From contig JAYWGM010000033.1 of NCBI GenBank assembly GCA_043778225.1, forward strand, positions 1 to 33,721: DNA of 33,721 bases, given 5' to 3'. The notes beneath the pieces are model-generated. The model was not told the DNA's origin. It searched no databases and saw only the letters and a list, made by a program, of their open reading frames with translations. The position numbers and the translations under genes are program-made. Position 1 is the stretch's first letter; each line of letters begins with the position of its first letter. This DNA comes from Deinococcales bacterium. Lineage in GTDB: Bacteria; Deinococcota; Deinococci; Deinococcales; JAAFIG01. Of the stretch, positions 29,711 to 33,721 are shown in pieces.

Positions 29711-30275
29711 GGTTCTCCTTATGGGTTTTGACCACATCAAAACGCAAGTGGGTCACACCAACACTTTCTATCACCTTGGTTTGCTCGAGCTTGACCGCAC
29801 CAATATGTTCAAACAGCCGTAGTCCTTCGCCCAGTAAAACTGGCACAAGATGAATACGAATTTCGTCCACCAATCCAGCTTTGATAAATTGTTGGACTGT
29901 GTTTGCGCCACCTGCAATACAAATATCTTTTTTGCCAGCTACGGCTTTGGCTTGCTCGAGACAGGATTCTAAACCATCGGCGATAAAAAACATCGGCGTT
30001 TTTCCGGGTATGCGCCGTGTTGTGATACTGCGCGACAAGATAAAATGTGGCATTTGATAAGGATTATTTTCGTCATAAGCCCCATTGTCACTACCCGCTT
30101 CGTAACTTTTGCGACCCATAACCATCGCCCCGATGTTTTCGATCAGTTCGGCAATAACAGCTTGACTGGCTAGGGCGGGAGCAAAGTACCAATTGTGTAA
30201 GCCATGATCTTCGCCGTTAGAACCGCTTATAAATCCATCAAGCGACATTGCCAAGTCTATAAAAACTTTGCTCAT
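29670..30275 (-). CDS. Dihydrofolate reductase/RibD C-terminal family protein
   Basis: MSLDGFI, MGRKSY, GGA..VQQF..AGLVDE....VPVLLG.G.RLF. Confidence 0.9.
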   Translation of the reverse strand: MSKVFIDLAMSLDGFISGSNGEDHGLHNWYFAPALASQAVIAELIENIGAMVMGRKSYEAGSDNGAYDENNPYQMPHFILSRSITTRRIPGKTPMFFIADGLESCLEQAKAVAGKKDICIAGGANTVQQFIKAGLVDEIRIHLVPVLLGEGLRLFEHIGAVKLEQTKVIESVGVTHLRFDVVKTHKENHASLLRQHQSQNG

Positions 30276-30278
30276 GAT

Positions 30279-30770
30279 TTAGGCAACCCAACCCAACAGT
30301 TGTGTTGGTAGTGGTTTGCCGAGCGCACGCAGATAGACACTGGCTTTGGCGGCAAAAATAAAAACCGATTCGCGGTAAGTAAAAAAGGTTGTTTCGGCAG
30401 GTAAGCCCCACGTGCCTCGAGCGATGGTTTTTTTGAGGTCGGTGTCAGAAAGTTGCTCGAGGGCAGCCATCATGGCTTGGTCTAAGGTTTCAAACCAAGT
30501 TTTGAATTCTGCCACCGTGTGGATGGCTGGCGCGGTGGCATCAAAAACCAACTCAAAGCTGCCAAAGGCTTTGGTGTACGCCATTTGAAATGTGCCTTGC
30601 TCGAGCAGCAGTTCGGCGAAACTCAGGCTCGAGCCACCGAGCGAAAAGGTCAAATCGGGGTCGGTTATCGCCTCGAGAATTTCGGTTCTGAGGTTGTGGG
30701 TCGTGTCTATCAGTATGGCTTTTTTGGCAATGAGGTGATTCATCTCGAGGTTTACTTGGATTTGTGCCAT
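30279..30770 (-). CDS. DinB-like four-helix protein
   Basis: L..I.D.DL.F......SF..LL, VYLRALG pattern; AAGGAG RBS; canonical His ligands not evident. Confidence 0.65.
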   Translation of the reverse strand: MAQIQVNLEMNHLIAKKAILIDTTHNLRTEILEAITDPDLTFSLGGSSLSFAELLLEQGTFQMAYTKAFGSFELVFDATAPAIHTVAEFKTWFETLDQAMMAALEQLSDTDLKKTIARGTWGLPAETTFFTYRESVFIFAAKASVYLRALGKPLPTQLLGWVA

Positions 30771-30861
30771 AAAAATACTCCTTTGTGCCGTATACCCGTG
30801 TGCAAAATTTTACGCAACAAGTCTCATGGCTTTCTATGCCAATATGTTTGTCGGTATTTAG

Positions 30862-30892
30862 ATTATAACATAATGAGATTGCAAACTGCAAT
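30862..30892 (-). promoter_or_regulatory. Promoter with palindromic operator candidate for the five-gene operon
   Basis: Minus strand TTGCAG-18 nt-TATAAT with TGn extension; ATTGCA-AAC-TGCAAT palindrome at 30878-30892. Confidence 0.55.
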
Positions 30893-30920
30893 AGCTTAGA
30901 ATTGTAGTAAGTCGAACAAT

Positions 30921-31151
30921 CTAACGACGTTTTCTGGGATGCTGGGCAGCTAAACGCTCATTGCCGTGCTTATAATTGCCAGTTATCCGAGCCATCAGTT
31001 GTTGTTCCTCGACAAGGGTTGCGCCAGCCACATCCTCGAGAAAGGCTTGAGCGGTTAAGGAACGCAATATCGTTATTTCCTTGCCGTTTCTCGAGATGTA
31101 AACCTCACCAGATTTGCTGACTCGAAAGGTAAAATCAAGGTCTTCGGACAT
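30921..31151 (-). CDS. Small hypothetical protein
   Basis: TATAAT 6 nt before ATG 31151; QLMARITGNYKHGNER tail. Confidence 0.7.
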   Translation of the reverse strand: MSEDLDFTFRVSKSGEVYISRNGKEITILRSLTAQAFLEDVAGATLVEEQQLMARITGNYKHGNERLAAQHPRKRR

Positions 31152-31177
31152 CACAAGATTATATCGTCTTGGGTAGC

Positions 31178-31774
31178 TCAAGACCGGCTTGTAGCGGGTT
31201 GCTCGAGCCTATGCAGGGCTTCCTCGAGTGCTTTGGCATGGCTTTCTTGTGTTCCTTGGGGCAGAATCGGTGTTCCGTACCTGAACACAAAGCGCTTAGC
31301 CCCAAACCAATTGGTCTCGAGATGAATCCCTGCGGGTATGACTGGCACTTTGGCTTTTAGGGCAAGCATTGATGCACCGCCCTTCACTTCTTGTCCGCCG
31401 CGTGTGCCTTGTGGAAAAATCACCAGCAATTGGTTATTTTGTAATAAACGCAAAGCGGTTTTGATCGCCGTCAAATCCATTTTGCCGCGCTCGACAGGAA
31501 AGGCGTTGCCACTTAACATATACCAGCGCAAGGGCTGATGCGTAAACGATTCAGCTTTGGACATATAATGCACCCGGCGCTTGGTTGGTTGCGCCACCCC
31601 AAATGGGTCTATGGCGGTGATGTGATTGGCGGCAATAATCGCAGCGCCAGCCTTGGGAATAGCACTTGGGTTCATGTAGCTCGAGCCAAGAATACGAAAA
31701 TACACGCCCCAAATGGCTTTGATGATGTCAAACGCCAATGGCATATTTGATAAATCAGGATTTTTGTCGTTCAC
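31178..31774 (-). CDS. plsC: Lysophospholipid acyltransferase (PlsC family)
   Basis: NHITAID (HX4D), FPVER, IFPQGTR. Confidence 0.88.
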   Translation of the reverse strand: MNDKNPDLSNMPLAFDIIKAIWGVYFRILGSSYMNPSAIPKAGAAIIAANHITAIDPFGVAQPTKRRVHYMSKAESFTHQPLRWYMLSGNAFPVERGKMDLTAIKTALRLLQNNQLLVIFPQGTRGGQEVKGGASMLALKAKVPVIPAGIHLETNWFGAKRFVFRYGTPILPQGTQESHAKALEEALHRLEQPATSRS

Positions 31775-32424
31775 GGATTCACCAACCTCTTTTGAATCAA
31801 CTCGAGGGCTTGGGCAATGGTCTGTTCTAAGGTCAAGTCGCTCGAGTCAAGCAATATCGCATCGGTGGCGGGGGCGCTGTTACTTGCATCCATCGTGTCT
31901 CGAGCTTCGATGCTGGCTTGGACTTCGGCTAAACTTTTGCTGCGTTCTGCGACACGGCGTTTGGCTCGAGTCTGGCTACTGGCGGTTAAAAAGATTTTAA
32001 CATCGGCATTGGGAAAAACATTTGTTCCCATATCGCGCCCTTCGGCTAAAAATGGTGGCTTGAGTTGCCGAATTTGGCGGTTGACCCAAGCCCGAATCTG
32101 TGGGTGCTGTGCCACCACACTGACCAAGGCATCCACCAGAGTTGAATGGCATTGGGCAGTCACATCCAAATTATTCAAAAAAACCACATTGCCCAAAACT
32201 CGAGCCTCAAAACGCAACTCCCCCAATAACTCAAGTAAGGCAGTTTCCGAATGCTGGTCGGTTTTACTGGTCTGGGCAGCCAATGCCACCAAGCGGTAGA
32301 GTAAGCCACTGGAGATAAATGGTATCTGTAAAATGTTGGCGATGCCTTGCGCCACACTGGATTTGCCACTGGCAGCCAAGCCATCAAGGGTGATGATTGT
32401 GTTTGGGGATAAAGAAGATGCCAC
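31771..32424 (-). CDS. cmk: Cytidylate kinase
   Basis: ITLDGLAASGKSS, SGLLYR, EGRDMGT.VFP.A.VKIFLTAS; TATACT 7 nt before GTG 32424. Confidence 0.93.
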   Translation of the reverse strand: MASSLSPNTIITLDGLAASGKSSVAQGIANILQIPFISSGLLYRLVALAAQTSKTDQHSETALLELLGELRFEARVLGNVVFLNNLDVTAQCHSTLVDALVSVVAQHPQIRAWVNRQIRQLKPPFLAEGRDMGTNVFPNADVKIFLTASSQTRAKRRVAERSKSLAEVQASIEARDTMDASNSAPATDAILLDSSDLTLEQTIAQALELIQKRLVNP

Positions 32425-32436
32425 AAAGGAGAGTAT

Positions 32437-32469
32437 AAAGGTCAAAGGGTCAAAAGGTGAAAAGTAAAC
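32437..32469. repeat. Single-arm copy of the octamer repeat
   Basis: AAAGGTCAAAGGGTCAAAAGGTGAAAAGTAAAC. Confidence 0.7.
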
Positions 32470-32485
32470 ATACCCCAGAATTCTT

Positions 32486-32767
32486 CTAAGCACTTGGCAG
32501 GATAGTCGGAGTCTTGAGAACCGAGAACCCCCAAACTCTGGTTTTAACATTCTCTAGGTTCAGGTCGGCTTGGCGCACGGTTTGTAGTAATTCGGCGCGG
32601 CTCGAGACCTCTAAAAGCAGCACCCTTGGGTCTTCGGTGTTTTGCAGTAGGCGGGTGCTGGTCACGCCAGCCACGCTATCGAACAAACGCTTTAAGTGGT
32701 GCAGCGCCTCCATTGTGGCGCTGTTGGCAGTTTCAGGCAGAGTAACCTCGAGAAATAGCACAAACAC
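32486..32767 (-). CDS. Small hypothetical protein (ferredoxin-like/ABM-like pattern)
   Basis: GTG start 2 nt after the Crp stop; beta-alpha-beta-beta pattern. Confidence 0.55.
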   Translation of the reverse strand: MFVLFLEVTLPETANSATMEALHHLKRLFDSVAGVTSTRLLQNTEDPRVLLLEVSSRAELLQTVRQADLNLENVKTRVWGFSVLKTPTILPSA

Positions 32768-32769
32768 AC

Positions 32770-33465
32770 TTATTCATCCTCAGCTATAAACTTTTCGAGC
32801 TTTTGGGTGTTGATAATAAATGGCACTCGAGTGCGAGCGATTGCCCCTTCACGCTTGAGACGATTTAAGCTGTGCGAGACGGTTTCTCGGGTTGCACCAA
32901 TCATGCGCGATAAGTCTTCTTGGGTCAGTTTTAAGTGAATTCGCACGCCATCTGTCCCCGTTTTGCCAAACTCGAGCGCAAAGCGGTAGAGCAAACTGGC
33001 GAGTCGGGCTGGGGCGCTGTAGGCACTGACTTCGGCTTGCCACGATTGGGTTTCAAAAAGGCGCTGCGCCATAATCTGAATAAATTTAAGGGCTAAGGCT
33101 GGACGTTCACGGATTAAATCCTCGAGTTCAGAAATCGGTAGGGCAATTAAAACTGTGTCTTCAATCGCTTCGGCTTGGTGCGGACGCTTTTCGGCTGGGG
33201 TTAAGAGCAATTCGCCAAATGCACCATACTGCCCGACCACACCCAGAATCGCTTCTTTGCCGTTAGGAAATAACTTGGAGATTTTAACCAGTCCAGAGCG
33301 GATAAAATAAATTGCATCGGCAAAGTCGTCCATATGATAAATCACGTCACCCGCCGCAAAACGGCGATATGGCGTGGTCTTAGAAAGTTTTGCCAAATCC
33401 TCGAGTTCCCAGTCTTCAAATAAGCTGGTGCTTTTGAGGTGCCAAACAAGACTGGGGAATTCCAC
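32770..33465 (-). CDS. Crp/Fnr family transcriptional regulator
   Basis: cNMP domain (YFIRSGLVKI, FGE), HTH LTQEDLSRMIGATRETVS; TAGACT 6 nt before GTG. Confidence 0.95.
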   Translation of the reverse strand: MEFPSLVWHLKSTSLFEDWELEDLAKLSKTTPYRRFAAGDVIYHMDDFADAIYFIRSGLVKISKLFPNGKEAILGVVGQYGAFGELLLTPAEKRPHQAEAIEDTVLIALPISELEDLIRERPALALKFIQIMAQRLFETQSWQAEVSAYSAPARLASLLYRFALEFGKTGTDGVRIHLKLTQEDLSRMIGATRETVSHSLNRLKREGAIARTRVPFIINTQKLEKFIAEDE

Positions 33466-33510
33466 CCGCCCAGTCTACAACTTAGGATGTGCTTTGCGCT
33501 TGAAAAAGGC

Positions 33511-33623
33511 AAGGTGAAAAGGTCAAAGGGTCAAAGGGTTAAAAGGTCAAAGGGTTAAAAGGTTAAAAGTGAGGTCTGTTTTTAACTTTTAACCTTTTTT
33601 ACTTTTCCCCTTTTCCCCTTTTT
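33511..33623. repeat. Seven tandem A(A/G)GGT(C/T/G)AA octamers followed by an inverted pyrimidine arm
   Basis: AAGGTGAA AAGGTCAA AGGGTCAA AGGGTTAA AAGGTCAA AGGGTTAA AAGGTTAA ... TTTTAACTTTTAACCTTTTTTACTTTTCCCCTTTTCCCCTTTT. Confidence 0.85.
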
Positions 33624-33721
33624 AGTAGGGCAAACGCACCAACTATGCCTTGCCTGATAAACCAAGTAACGATAGCAAGTAATCATCATGTAATAACGCC
33701 TTCAAACGTTTCCGTCGCTTA

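Overview
Chromosomal window from a Deinococcota bacterium, judged from a double-OB-fold SSB, a DdrH-like protein, an RDRM-like operator and many -10 boxes sitting directly before start codons. It carries housekeeping genes (acs, ssb, pyk, eno, pilT, tsaD, cmk, Crp, an acyltransferase), two AT-rich defence insertions (a frameshifted AAA_21 ATPase plus RloB, and a C5 methyltransferase plus HNH endonuclease), a 1308-aa ExeM/NucH nuclease lipoprotein and a five-gene stress-type operon. The most notable signals are: (1) an unannotated 54-aa ORF with a lasso/RRE-type YxxPxL...T leader motif, coupled by an ATGA overlap to the giant nuclease lipoprotein; (2) roughly 30-fold over-representation of the palindrome CTCGAG in all reading frames and in terminator stems; (3) a dispersed octamer tandem/inverted repeat family in intergenic regions; (4) an RDRM-preceded SSB whose EDLPF tip is masked by a basic extension. 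All calls come from reading motifs by eye; no database searches were run.
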